Shown in pieces: positions 17,232-26,052 of a stretch of 32,000 nucleotides of DNA. The DNA comes from Dickeya dadantii NCPPB 898 (GTDB taxonomy: Bacteria; Pseudomonadota; Gammaproteobacteria; Enterobacterales; Enterobacteriaceae). The notes under the pieces were generated by a model. The model saw nothing but the letters and a program-made list of their open reading frames with translations, was not told where the DNA came from and did not search any database. Each line of letters opens with the position of its first letter. The first letter of the stretch is position 1. The DNA lies in the NCBI RefSeq assembly GCF_000406145.1, contig NZ_CM001976.1, positions 867,260-899,259 of the forward strand, in the 5' to 3' direction. Both the position numbers and the translations under genes were made by a program.

Positions 17232-17618
17232 TCACTCCGGAAACCAGTAATTCGGGTGACTCTTCATAACGGCATCTGCACCTTGATCTTCGCTGACGTC
17301 GGTGAAGAGTGCCTCCAGCCGCTCATCTTCACTCCGCTCTGTATCCGTAAGGATTTGCTTAAAGCCATCAAATTCAAAGAAGTTCGATCCGATACCCCAC
17401 ATGAAATACAGGAATTTCGCCTGGTTAGTCGGCTTGTGGATATTGAGTTTTTTAGCGATTTCCCTGCCATTCAGCGTCATCGTATACAGCGTTTCCGGCG
17501 TATGCCCTTGCTTGTGTTCCGGCAGCGATGCTTCCATCACCTCGTCGACAAACCATCGGGAGAAGTCTTTATCGCTCATCAAATGCGATTCCATTTGCAG
17601 GTCGTCAAAGTGCCACAT
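17232..17618 (-). CDS. Hypothetical 128-aa protein between the DUF4123 adaptor and the effector (possible co-chaperone or accessory)
   Basis: The ATG at 17618 is preceded by AGGAG at about 10 nt. It overlaps the 3' end of the DUF4123 gene by 14 nt. I recognised no family. Confidence 0.5.
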   Translation of the reverse strand: MWHFDDLQMESHLMSDKDFSRWFVDEVMEASLPEHKQGHTPETLYTMTLNGREIAKKLNIHKPTNQAKFLYFMWGIGSNFFEFDGFKQILTDTERSEDERLEALFTDVSEDQGADAVMKSHPNYWFPE

Positions 17619-18216
17619 GCGTTGGGCTCTCCTTATGTGATGGTGTGATAGGCAAGACCAGTTGCGCCACATGCAATTTATTCGTGTCATGGGTGTAATA
17701 CATCAATCGCTCTGGCTCATCCGTGGTTTCCGCATATACCGCATAAAGCGGGGCAAAGAATGCCGCCAACTGTTCCTGCGTCAGGCGTGGAATAAACTGG
17801 TTAAACGTCTTCGGCTGATAGAAACGGAAAAAGTAGGTTTTTCCACCATTAGTCACTTTGGTGAATTTTTTGAAATGCCTGACCAGTGGTATCAGTGACA
17901 AGGAACTGCGCACGATGATTCCCCACTGCCGCATATAGCCGTCTGCCAGCCACCAGTCCAGCACATCGCTGTGCGCATCAACCTGCACTAGGTAAGGTGC
18001 GACATGGCCGAGATTATCCAGAACGGACACATCGAATAACGAGCGGTAGATCGGTGCAAAACCCTCCAGGCAGACAGCAATGTCTGGACTGGCTGCTGCA
18101 TTCAGTAACAGAAAGGTGTGTAACGTTTTTTCCTGGTCATCTTCATGGATCATTGCAGGCGTGAATACCGTTGTTTTCAGGCTATCACTCACCGCGTCAT
18201 ACGGATTTTCCAGCAT
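17605..18216 (-). CDS. DUF4123 T6SS effector adaptor/chaperone (Tap/Tec family)
   Basis: Motifs: FLLLNAAASP...APIYRSLF...GHVAPYLVQV...WGIIVRSSLSLIPLVRHFKKF...YFFRFYQPKTF. The ATG at 18216 has GGGAG 6 nt upstream and lies 15 nt after the vgrG stop. The track ORF begins at 18252. Confidence 0.8.
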   Translation of the reverse strand: MLENPYDAVSDSLKTTVFTPAMIHEDDQEKTLHTFLLLNAAASPDIAVCLEGFAPIYRSLFDVSVLDNLGHVAPYLVQVDAHSDVLDWWLADGYMRQWGIIVRSSLSLIPLVRHFKKFTKVTNGGKTYFFRFYQPKTFNQFIPRLTQEQLAAFFAPLYAVYAETTDEPERLMYYTHDTNKLHVAQLVLPITPSHKESPTHVAL

Positions 18217-18230
18217 GGTTAGCTCCCTGC

Positions 18231-20540
18231 TTATTTCTTTTTGTACGGGCATTCTTCCGAGAATGGTTTATCACTGCTCAGTGCTGCTGCCTGTTCTGCC
18301 GCGCCACCGGACATATCAATTGATGAGGCTTTCATCTTGATTGTCTTCGCCTTGATGGTGATACCGCTGTCATCAATAGTGATCGAGCCCCCTGGACCAC
18401 CGATGACGACTTTCTCTTTGGCATACAGCGTATGTTTCAATGTGCGGGAGAAAATAGAGCCTTTGGTTTCGATGTCATATTTATCGCCAACCAACAGTTT
18501 CAATACCTGACCGACGGACAGTGTCTGGGTGTGGCCCACCAGCGTATTTTTATAAAGCCCGACCTGTTCGGTACTGGCAATTCCTGTTGTATCCGAACGA
18601 AACTTTTCGACTACCGTATTAAAAATACCAGAGCCCGGCATCAGGCTGGAAAGTAGCCCGGCCAGCGATGTGCCTTTCGATACCATATCCACGCCAGCGT
18701 TGGACCTGAAGCCGCCTGCATCAGTAAATGATTTTCCTGCTGTTAATGACAGGGTTTCTGCGGCTGCACCGACTTTATTGATGTCATCCGCAAACTGTTC
18801 CACACCCGGCTCACCAACCTTGGCCGATTCTTTCTTCATAAACTTGCCGCTATTGGATATCAGGCTGAACAATCCCCCTAACAGTCCGAGCCCTTGTCCT
18901 CCTACCGTCAGATTCATATTACCGCCAACACGGTGCTGGTGATGCTTACCGATTTCTGTACTTCGGTTTTCTCCAATGCTTTCCACTGCGCTGGAATCCA
19001 CCCGTGTCGTCATGTCGTGCAATATCTTCACTGACATATCCTTCTGGGCATGAATATGAATATTCTCCTGTCCTGACTCATCCTCAAAAGAGAGCTCGTT
19101 GTATCCGCTCCCACGGTGGGAGTCTGAACGAATAACCGTTTTGGTTTTATGTTCCGGCAGGGTATACGGAGACGGGTTGGTGGCGTGAAAGGTGCGCCCG
19201 GTGACGATGGGCTGGTCCGGGTCCCCTTCCAGAAAGCTCACCACCACTTCATGACCGATGCGCGGAATGGCAATCAGGCCGTACTGACCACCGGCCCAGC
19301 CCTGACTGACCCGCACCCAGCAGGAGCTCTGGTCGTCGCTGGCACCGTAGCGGTCCCACGGGAATTGCAGTTTCACCCGGCCAAACTCGTCGCAGTAAAT
19401 CTCTTCGCCCGCCGGGCCGACCACGGTGGCAATCTGCGGGCCGTCCACCATCGGCTTGTACGGCATGGCCGCCCGCCAGGTGGTGGTGGCTTTCACCACC
19501 TCGAAACTGTTGCTGATGGTGGTCGGCTCGCCACCGCTTTCCTCTTCCAGCGCCTGCGGCTGCTGCCCGCTGTGGGTCACCGCCACCACCTGCCAGGCCA
19601 GGTTGAATGCCGGGTTCGGGTGCTCGGTGAGGGTAAAGGTGCCACCCGGCATCAGTTCGGCGGCGTTGGATTCACCCGCCCCGGTCATCGCCCCGGCACG
19701 CAGCGCGTCCAGCCGGTAGCCGGTAAACGCCTTGCCGCTCGGGTCCTGCTTGAAGCGGCCGGGGTAATCAAAGTGCTGGTAGGATTCACGCTGATGGTCC
19801 AGCTCGCTGCTCATCCTGTTGTGCAGCAGCCCGTAGGCAGGGGTCTTGAAGCTGTAATCCTTCAGCGCCACCTCAGCGGTACTCACCGCCTCGGCATAAC
19901 GGAAACGGCGCACATACGCCCCTTCGCTCAGCCCCTGCGTGGCGAGATTGAAGAACAGCTCCGGGCCTTTGGTCAGCGCACCGGCGTCATCGGCAAACAC
20001 CACCCGGTGCTTGCCGGCTTCGAATTCGTGGAAGTAGAACAGCCCTTCTTCTGCGGCCAGCCGGTTGATGAACGCCAGGTCGCTTTCGCGGTACTGCACG
20101 CAGTACTCGCGCACCGCGTGGTCGTGGCGCAGGGCAAAGGCAAAATCGCTGATACCGGCTTCCTGCAACAGTTCGGTGATGATCTCATCCGGTTTTTTGG
20201 TCTGGAAGATACGGGCGTTGGTGCGCAGACCGAGCCGCCACAGCGCCGGGCGTACCTCGGCCTGGTAGCGGGTGCGGCGAAAACCGGTGTCGCCCTGGGC
20301 AAAGCGGCTGACGATACCGCTGACCCGGCGCTGCAGTTCGCCTTCGTACCACACCAGCAGCTCGCATGGCTGGTCCAGCACCGCGCCGAAGTCGATATCC
20401 GCCTGACTGCTGGCAAGGCTCAGCGACAGCGCAAACGGCTGGTTCAGCGCCTCGCTCAGCTCAAAATCCACCACCGCGAAGGTGGTGTCCGCCAATGCGC
20501 CGATTTTCACGGTAAACTGCAATCCTGTACTGTTGGCCAC
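18231..20540 (-). CDS. vgrG: VgrG T6SS spike protein with an AT-rich variable C-terminal region
   Basis: The sequence shows the canonical N-terminus ([36 protein letters not shown]), the gp5 OB-fold ([21 protein letters not shown]) and beta-helix repeats. GTG 20540 is preceded by AAGGAGG; the track start is ATG 20567. Confidence 0.95.
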   Translation of the reverse strand: MANSTGLQFTVKIGALADTTFAVVDFELSEALNQPFALSLSLASSQADIDFGAVLDQPCELLVWYEGELQRRVSGIVSRFAQGDTGFRRTRYQAEVRPALWRLGLRTNARIFQTKKPDEIITELLQEAGISDFAFALRHDHAVREYCVQYRESDLAFINRLAAEEGLFYFHEFEAGKHRVVFADDAGALTKGPELFFNLATQGLSEGAYVRRFRYAEAVSTAEVALKDYSFKTPAYGLLHNRMSSELDHQRESYQHFDYPGRFKQDPSGKAFTGYRLDALRAGAMTGAGESNAAELMPGGTFTLTEHPNPAFNLAWQVVAVTHSGQQPQALEEESGGEPTTISNSFEVVKATTTWRAAMPYKPMVDGPQIATVVGPAGEEIYCDEFGRVKLQFPWDRYGASDDQSSCWVRVSQGWAGGQYGLIAIPRIGHEVVVSFLEGDPDQPIVTGRTFHATNPSPYTLPEHKTKTVIRSDSHRGSGYNELSFEDESGQENIHIHAQKDMSVKILHDMTTRVDSSAVESIGENRSTEIGKHHQHRVGGNMNLTVGGQGLGLLGGLFSLISNSGKFMKKESAKVGEPGVEQFADDINKVGAAAETLSLTAGKSFTDAGGFRSNAGVDMVSKGTSLAGLLSSLMPGSGIFNTVVEKFRSDTTGIASTEQVGLYKNTLVGHTQTLSVGQVLKLLVGDKYDIETKGSIFSRTLKHTLYAKEKVVIGGPGGSITIDDSGITIKAKTIKMKASSIDMSGGAAEQAAALSSDKPFSEECPYKKK

Positions 20541-20659
20541 CCTGCTTCCTCCTTTCCCCGGCTCCATAGCTACCGCACACCCGGTCTGTGCCGTGTGTCA
20601 GTGCACTATCACAATGAATGCGCCTGCACTCAGAGATGGGCACACCATCGCTCAGCGCA

Positions 20660-20695
20660 GACAAAAACAGAAAAACCCGGACCGGAGTCCGGGTT
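20660..20695 (-). terminator. Rho-independent terminator or attenuator between hcp and vgrG
   Basis: The minus strand reads AACCCGGAC-TCCG-GTCCGGGTT followed by TTTTCTGTTTTTG. It begins 9 nt after the hcp stop. Confidence 0.7.
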
Positions 20696-20703
20696 GATGG
20701 CAA

Positions 20704-21222
20704 TTACGCTTCGATCGGCGCGCGCCAGTCGTCAGAGCCGGAAGTCCCGGCCACGGTGTGTTCCCAGTCGATTTTGCGGTACGCCAGCGACACTTCGATC
20801 AGCTGGGTGTAATCCTGCTTGGACGGGTCCTGGCAGTGCGGCATCTGGTTGTTGATGTCGACAATGGTGGCGTCGGTCAGTTTGGTGGTGAAGAAATGCT
20901 CCTGCTTGCCTTCGACGGAGGTGCGGTACCACTTCAGGGTCACGGTCGGCAGCATTTCGCCGGAGGCCAGCGCGTTATACAGCAGCGGGACGGCCTTGTT
21001 CAGCGCGACGGTGAACTTGAACGGTTTGTGCACGCGCTGACCGGCAGGCTGGCCGGACTGCGGGTCGGTCGGGACGGTGACGATGTGTTTGAATTCCTGC
21101 ACCAGCATCTCGTCTTCGTGGCCCTGCACGTAGATGTTGCCGACGGAGTCGGAGGTGAAGGCACCGGCGGTGATGTTGCCCTGCGTTTTACCTTCGATGC
21201 TGATATAGCATGGGGTTGGCAT
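20704..21222 (-). CDS. hcp: Hcp T6SS tube protein
   Basis: The 172-aa product is Hcp1-like (MPTPCYISIEGKTQGNITAGAF...VHKPFKFTVALNKAVPLLYNALASGEMLPTVTLKWYRT...). GGAG lies 7 nt upstream of the ATG. Confidence 0.95.
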   Translation of the reverse strand: MPTPCYISIEGKTQGNITAGAFTSDSVGNIYVQGHEDEMLVQEFKHIVTVPTDPQSGQPAGQRVHKPFKFTVALNKAVPLLYNALASGEMLPTVTLKWYRTSVEGKQEHFFTTKLTDATIVDINNQMPHCQDPSKQDYTQLIEVSLAYRKIDWEHTVAGTSGSDDWRAPIEA

Positions 21223-21271
21223 AGTCTTGCTCCTTGTTGTTGAACGGTTAGTGTGACTTCACCGTTTACAA

Positions 21272-21287
21272 AGCAATGACTGTGCCA
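21272..21287 (-). promoter_or_regulatory. Sigma54 (-24/-12) promoter upstream of hcp
   Basis: The minus strand reads TGGCAC-AGTCA-TTGCT, a full match to TGGCAC-N5-TTGCW. It lies about 50 nt upstream of the hcp ATG. Confidence 0.55.
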
Positions 21288-21347
21288 GTTTTTATTCTAT
21301 TGTTTTTAAAGAGAAAAATAATATCGCCATTTTCCCTAAGTCAAATT

Positions 21348-21438
21348 TGAGCAAAAAATTGCGCAGACTTCCCGAAAAAACGGCATCCATTGCGCAAACA
21401 GGGATTTATGCTGGAAAGTGAGCAAGAAATTGCGCAGA
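21348..21438. promoter_or_regulatory. Two 20-bp direct repeats plus a third related palindromic site; candidate enhancer (bEBP) binding sites for the sigma54 promoter
   Basis: TGAGCAAAAAATTGCGCAGA (21348-21367) and TGAGCAAGAAATTGCGCAGA (21419-21438) differ at one position and start 71 bp apart. Between them, ATTGCGCAAA (21389-21398) contains the palindrome TTGCGCAA. The sites lie 60-150 bp upstream of the -24/-12 element. Confidence 0.5.
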
Positions 21439-21840
21439 TTTTGCATTTGTTCTGTTGGTGGTTGTTTTGTGAGCATCTGACACCTGTTTTTATGTGACAA
21501 ATATCACGTAATGTGTTCTGTGCGATCGCTGGAGTCTGGCAGAGGAATGTGCGTCAGGAAGCGCGATAAACAGGAAGCAAGTACATCTACTTCACTCTAT
21601 TCGCGGTTGTCTGGTTTTGGTGAAGCTTTGCTGTTTGTTGAGGAAAGGCGTTCAGATCCGCCATCCGCACTATTGAGATAATACAGAGAGAGGAACATCA
21701 GGATTCCAGCGTGTTTGCAGTACATTGTCACACCGTATATATCCTGCCAATCGATAGAGAAAGGTATTCCGGCATGGGAAAAAGCAGCACTCGATTCGGG
21801 TAAGGATAGCAGTGCAGGATTTCTTATTTCATTTTCTTAC

Positions 21841-21873
21841 AAACAGAAAACCCCTGATTTCGACTCAGGGGTT
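21841..21873 (-). terminator. Rho-independent terminator downstream of ssrA
   Basis: The minus strand reads AACCCCTGA-GTCGAAA-TCAGGGGTT followed by TTCTGTTT. It lies about 130 nt beyond the mature tmRNA 3' CCA. Confidence 0.55.
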
Positions 21874-22005
21874 GTCGGGATAGACGTGAAATGCACGTGC
21901 AGTTCACGTGCATAATCTAGTCCTTTTATAGTCCAGTCACTGTCAGGCCTGTGTCTTTAATTGGTTGTATTTAAAGACGTTGTCCTGCTGCTGTCCTATC
22001 AAATG

Positions 22006-22386
22006 TGGTGGAGCTGGCGGGAGTTGAACCCGCGTCCGAAATTCCTACACCGTCGGTACTACATGCTTAGTCTGGTCTTTACATTCGCTTGCCAGCTGCG
22101 GACAGACACGCCACTAACAAACTAGCCTGATTGGATTTAACGCTTCAACCCCAGGCAGGGCATCCACGCGATCTCTTTTAGGTTTGACCTCTCTTGATCC
22201 CCGTCCTAAGAGCGGAGGCTAGGGAGAGAGGACACCTTCAGTTTCTTAGGCTGATTAAGCTGCTAAAGCAGCAGGTGCGAAGTTTTCGTCGTTTGCGACT
22301 ATTTTTTTGCGGCTTTTTACGAGGCCAACCGCCCCTCGGCATGCACCTTGGGTTTCGCGAATCCCGTCGAATCCAGAATCAGCCCC
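22006..22386 (-). ncRNA. ssrA: tmRNA (SsrA)
   Basis: The minus strand starts GGGGCTGATTCTGGATTCGACGGGATTCGCGAAACC and ends GGACGCGGGTTCAACTCCCGCCAGCTCCACCA. The tag reading frame is GCAAACGACGAAAACTTCGCACCTGCTGCTTTAGCAGCTTAA, giving ANDENFAPAALAA*. It lies directly downstream of smpB. Confidence 0.95.
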
Positions 22387-22436
22387 AAGATATTCTTTTA
22401 TTATAACAGAAAGATGGCGTACTAAGCTAGCGACCG

Positions 22437-22919
22437 TTAGCGGGCGGCATTTTTCATGATGCGCGCTTTATCCAGCTTCCATTCGCGCTCTTTGATGTCG
22501 TCACGCTTGTCGTGCTCTTTTTTACCCTTGGCGACGCCAACCTTGACCTTGCACCAGGCATTTTTCCAGTACAGCGACAGTGCCACTACCGTATAGCCTT
22601 CACGATTGACACGGCCGTACAGCGAATCCAACTCGCGCTGGTTCAGCAGCAGTTTGCGGGTACGCGTCGGATCGCAAACCACATGGCTGGAGGCGCCGTG
22701 CAGCGGTGTGAATGTGGCGCCGAAAAGGTAAGCTTCGCCATCACGCATCAACACATAGCTGTCGCTAATATTGGCTTTGCCTGCGCGCAGTGATTTGACT
22801 TCCCACCCCTGAAGTGCCAATCCCGCTTCAATCTCTTCTTCTATGAAGTATTCATGGCGGGCGCGCTTGTTGAGCGCAATGGTGGCAGAACCGGGTTTAT
22901 GTGCTTTTTTCTTTGTCAT
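22437..22919 (-). CDS. smpB: SsrA-binding protein SmpB
   Basis: The 160-aa product is near-identical in pattern to enterobacterial SmpB ([54 protein letters not shown]). Confidence 0.97.
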   Translation of the reverse strand: MTKKKAHKPGSATIALNKRARHEYFIEEEIEAGLALQGWEVKSLRAGKANISDSYVLMRDGEAYLFGATFTPLHGASSHVVCDPTRTRKLLLNQRELDSLYGRVNREGYTVVALSLYWKNAWCKVKVGVAKGKKEHDKRDDIKEREWKLDKARIMKNAAR

Positions 22920-23074
22920 AGTGCCGTCATTATACTGGTTGTCGTCGTGAATGAAATCCCTCGCCGGGATTCATACCGTTCTTTGTGAACGGGTGCGATG
23001 CCCCTCGCAGAATTTTTGTCTGACCGCTCATCGATGGTATTATTTTGCGCGTTTTATGAATCACGGAAAATTGT

Positions 23075-23509
23075 ATGCCTAAAATCAGCCGGTCTGCGCT
23101 GGTCCCGTTCAGTGCCGAGCAGATGTATAAATTAGTGAATGATGTCTCGTCTTACCCGGCTTTTCTGCCTGGATGCACTGGTAGCCGGGTACTGTCTTCC
23201 TCCGGGAGTGAAATGACGGCGGCGGTTGATGTGTCGAAAGCCGGTATCAGTAAGACGTTTACCACCCGCAATACGCTTATTGATAATCAATGTATTTTAA
23301 TGCAACTGGTGGACGGTCCGTTCCGTCAGTTGACCGGTGACTGGCGTTTTATACCGCTGAGCGATGACGCCTGTAAGGTCGAGCTGAATCTGGATTTTGA
23401 ATTCAAGAATGTGTTGATTGAAATGGCATTTGGCAAAATTTTCAAAGAATTGGCCAATAATATGGTGCAGGCGTTCACCCTGCGCGCCAAAGAGGTTTAT
23501 TGTGCCTGA
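23075..23509 (+). CDS. ratA: RatA/PasT (YfjG) SRPBCC-family ribosome-association / CoQ-binding protein
   Basis: The 144-aa product has a conserved N-terminus ([30 protein letters not shown]). It is divergent from smpB as in E. coli. Confidence 0.9.
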   Translation: MPKISRSALVPFSAEQMYKLVNDVSSYPAFLPGCTGSRVLSSSGSEMTAAVDVSKAGISKTFTTRNTLIDNQCILMQLVDGPFRQLTGDWRFIPLSDDACKVELNLDFEFKNVLIEMAFGKIFKELANNMVQAFTLRAKEVYCA

Positions 23510-23795
23510 AATTCGTGTCGAAGTGGTCTACGCGTTGCCGGAGCGCCAGTACTTGCGATCGCTGACGCTGGAAGAAGGGAGTACAGCGGAGCAGGCTATT
23601 CAGGCTTCCGGCTTGCTGGCCCTGCGCCCGGATATCGATCTTGGCATCAATAAAATCGGCATTTTTAGCCGCCCGGCGAAACTGACCGATGTGCTCAGCG
23701 ATGGTGATCGGGTGGAAATTTATCGGCCGTTACTGGCGGATCCCAAGGAGTTACGCCGTCAGCGCGCGGAACGTTCAAAAAATAAGGCACGGTAA
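23502..23795 (+). CDS. rnfH: RnfH (YfjF) ubiquitin-fold protein
   Basis: The GTG at 23502 overlaps the ratA end. The sequence reads [17 protein letters not shown]...[23 protein letters not shown], matching E. coli RnfH. Confidence 0.9.
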   Translation: MPEIRVEVVYALPERQYLRSLTLEEGSTAEQAIQASGLLALRPDIDLGINKIGIFSRPAKLTDVLSDGDRVEIYRPLLADPKELRRQRAERSKNKAR

Positions 23796-23810
23796 CGTGC
23801 CTTATTTTTT
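23784..23810 (+). terminator. Rho-independent terminator of ratA-rnfH
   Basis: AAGGCACG-GTAA-CGTGCCTT is followed by ATTTTTT. The hairpin overlaps the rnfH stop codon. Confidence 0.75.
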
Positions 23811-23851
23811 CTGGGTCAGCCAGCGAGGCTAACCTCACCGGGCCTGTTCAC

Positions 23852-24196
23852 TTACTGCGTCTGCAACGTGGGCTTGTTGTCCACATTAGCCAACACGCCC
23901 TGACTGTTGAAGGTCAGAGTCAGTGTTTGCTGTTTCACGGCTTCGTGCCCCGGTTGCTGACGGAAGACATAGTACCAGGTGTCTGATCCAAACGGATCCT
24001 GCAGCATGGGAGTGCCCAACGTGTAGATAACCTGTTGTTTGGTCATTCCGTTACGGATCTTGGCAACGTCAGCGGGTGCCAGATAGTTCCCCTGATTGAT
24101 GTCAGGCCGATAGACTACACGTTCCAATGTGGAACAACCGGCAGTCAACATAACAACAACCACCGCGGCGACGACAGTCAGCGTTTTACAGCGCAT
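23852..24196 (-). CDS. bamE: Outer-membrane protein assembly factor BamE (SmpA)
   Basis: It begins with the lipoprotein signal [22 protein letters not shown], followed by [10 protein letters not shown]...[16 protein letters not shown]. The start at ATG 24196 lies inside the longer track ORF. Confidence 0.9.
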   Translation of the reverse strand: MRCKTLTVVAAVVVVMLTAGCSTLERVVYRPDINQGNYLAPADVAKIRNGMTKQQVIYTLGTPMLQDPFGSDTWYYVFRQQPGHEAVKQQTLTLTFNSQGVLANVDNKPTLQTQ

Positions 24197-24307
24197 AGTG
24201 ATTACATTCCTTAAGGGCATAGGTTGCAGATGATAATAGACCTTGCCTGACTTGAAAACCTGCAAGACGTCTGTAAGACCGCGGGAATTCGAAAAAGTTG
24301 AGCCTCA

Positions 24308-25969
24308 CTATGCCGCCAGCAATTCTCTGGCGTTTGCCAGCGTGTTTTTGGTGACGGCCGAACCGCCGAGCAGGCGCGCCAGTTCCTGCAGACGCTCGCG
24401 TTTACCCAATGGCTGCATCAGCGTTTCGGTCGCAGCGCCGTCAGTGTGCTTGCTGACAAAGTAGTGGTGATGGCCGCATCCTGCTACCTGCGGCAGATGG
24501 GTGACGCACATCACCTGAGTGGATTGCCCAAGCTGACGCAGCATCTTGCCGACAATCGCCGCGGTCGGGCCGCTGATACCGACATCCACTTCGTCGAAAA
24601 TCAGGGCTGGGGTGTCCATCTTGCGGGCGGTAATAACCTGAATAATTAGCGCGATACGAGACAGTTCACCGCCCGACGCCACTTTGATCAGCGGCTGATG
24701 CGGCTGGCCGGGGTTGGTAGTGACGCAGAACTCAATGTGGTCGGCGCCGTTGGCGGTCAGCGAATCCGGCGTGAAGGTCACATCAATCGTGAAATGGCCG
24801 TGCGGCATCGCCAGTTCATGCATATTGGTGGTGATTAACTCCGCCAGTTCATTGGCGTGCTGACTGCGTCGGGCGTGAAGTTGTTCGGCCACATGTAGGG
24901 CTTGCTGGTGGAACTCTTGCACCGCGCGATTCAGCGTTTCATGATCGCTTTCCTGCTGCTCCAGCTGTTGTTGTTCCTGCAATAACTGCTGATGAAACGC
25001 GGGAAGTTCTTCCGGCGTCACGTGATGCTTACGCGCCAGCGTTAACTGACGCGACAGGCGCTGTTCCAGTTCGTACAGTCGGATTGGGTCCAGATCCATA
25101 CTGTCACAGTAATGGCGCAGTTCGTCGCTGGCCTCGCTGATCTGGATGCCGGCTTCTTCCAGCATGGAAAACACGCCGGAGAGTTTTTCATCCAGGCTCA
25201 CCAGTTCTGAAAGTTGGTGTCTGGCGCTGTGCAGCATGCTCAGCAGGTTTTGATCTTCGCTTTCGCTGAGAATCTGCAACGTCTGCTGGCTGAGGGACAT
25301 CAGTTGTCCGCTGTTGGCGAGCCGCTTGTATTCGACGTCAATCTGCTCGTACTCGCCCGACTGGGGCGCAAATTCGTTCAGCTCTTTGAGCTGATATTGC
25401 AGCAATTCCCGGCGCGCTTCCCGCTCGATGGTGGCTTGCTGGAGCTGCGCCAGTTCGCGGCAGCTTTGATGCCACTGCTGCCAGATCTGGCGCATGGCGC
25501 TGAGCAGTTGCGATTCATCGGCATAGGCATCCAGCAGATGGCGTTGATGTTCCGGCTTGAGCAGCAACTGGTGGGCATGCTGCCCATGAAGCTGAATCAG
25601 ATGCTGGCCCAGTTCACGCAGTTGCGACAGCGGCACCGCCGTGCCGTTGATAAAGGCGCGGGAGCGGCCGTCGGCGCTGATAACCCGGCGCAGCAGGCAT
25701 TCATTGTTGTCATCAAGCTGGTTGTGTTCGAGCCAGCGCAACGCGGCCGGGGTGTCCGCCAGCGAAAAGCGGGCGCAGATGTCGGCGCGGCTGGCGCCGG
25801 GGCGAACCATGCTGGCGTCGGAGCGATTGCCGAGACAGAGGCCAAGGGCGTCAATAGCAATGGATTTTCCCGCCCCGGTCTCGCCGGTAATGACGCTCAT
25901 CCCTGCCTGAAAATCAATTTCCAGTTCGCGCACAATGGCGAAGTTACTGATTGTGAGTTGCGCCAGCAT
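24308..25969 (-). CDS. recN: DNA repair protein RecN
   Basis: The 553-aa product has the N-terminal Walker A ([36 protein letters not shown]), coiled coils and the C-terminal SMC signature ([11 protein letters not shown]). Confidence 0.97.
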   Translation of the reverse strand: MLAQLTISNFAIVRELEIDFQAGMSVITGETGAGKSIAIDALGLCLGNRSDASMVRPGASRADICARFSLADTPAALRWLEHNQLDDNNECLLRRVISADGRSRAFINGTAVPLSQLRELGQHLIQLHGQHAHQLLLKPEHQRHLLDAYADESQLLSAMRQIWQQWHQSCRELAQLQQATIEREARRELLQYQLKELNEFAPQSGEYEQIDVEYKRLANSGQLMSLSQQTLQILSESEDQNLLSMLHSARHQLSELVSLDEKLSGVFSMLEEAGIQISEASDELRHYCDSMDLDPIRLYELEQRLSRQLTLARKHHVTPEELPAFHQQLLQEQQQLEQQESDHETLNRAVQEFHQQALHVAEQLHARRSQHANELAELITTNMHELAMPHGHFTIDVTFTPDSLTANGADHIEFCVTTNPGQPHQPLIKVASGGELSRIALIIQVITARKMDTPALIFDEVDVGISGPTAAIVGKMLRQLGQSTQVMCVTHLPQVAGCGHHHYFVSKHTDGAATETLMQPLGKRERLQELARLLGGSAVTKNTLANARELLAA

Positions 25970-25994
25970 GATAGTTTCCTGTATGTAACAACAA

Positions 25995-26032
25995 CTGTTA
26001 TTACGTACAGTATAGACTGGTTTTTTGTACAG
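25995..26032. promoter_or_regulatory. Two LexA (SOS) boxes in the recN promoter
   Basis: CTGTTATTACGTACAG (25995-26010) and CTGGTTTTTTGTACAG (26017-26032) both fit CTG-N10-CAG. They lie 26-63 nt upstream of the recN ATG. Confidence 0.8.
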
Positions 26033-26052
26033 TAAAGTAGCAAGCGCTACTT

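Noticed and set aside
16641-17648. 335-aa + strand ORF
   Set aside because: It is antisense to the WHH effector and the 128-aa gene. Its sequence is Ser/Phe/Leu-rich low complexity from the AT-rich antisense frame.
19149-20855. 568-aa ORF on the + strand
   Set aside because: It is entirely antisense to the well-supported vgrG and hcp genes. Its product is Arg/Gly/Ala/Pro-rich low-complexity sequence, typical of stop-poor antisense frames in GC-rich DNA.
21715-21915. 66-aa + strand ORF between hcp and ssrA
   Set aside because: It has no SD. It overlaps the ssrA-strand terminator hairpin and inverted repeat, and shows no recognisable motifs.
1-22005. Direct repeat of the ssrA 3' end that would delimit an ssrA-integrated island
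   Set aside because: I did not find one by eye in any intergenic region of the window. This needs a computational exact-match search and the sequence to the left of the window.
25214-26035. 273-aa + strand ORF
   Set aside because: It is antisense to recN, which is unambiguous.
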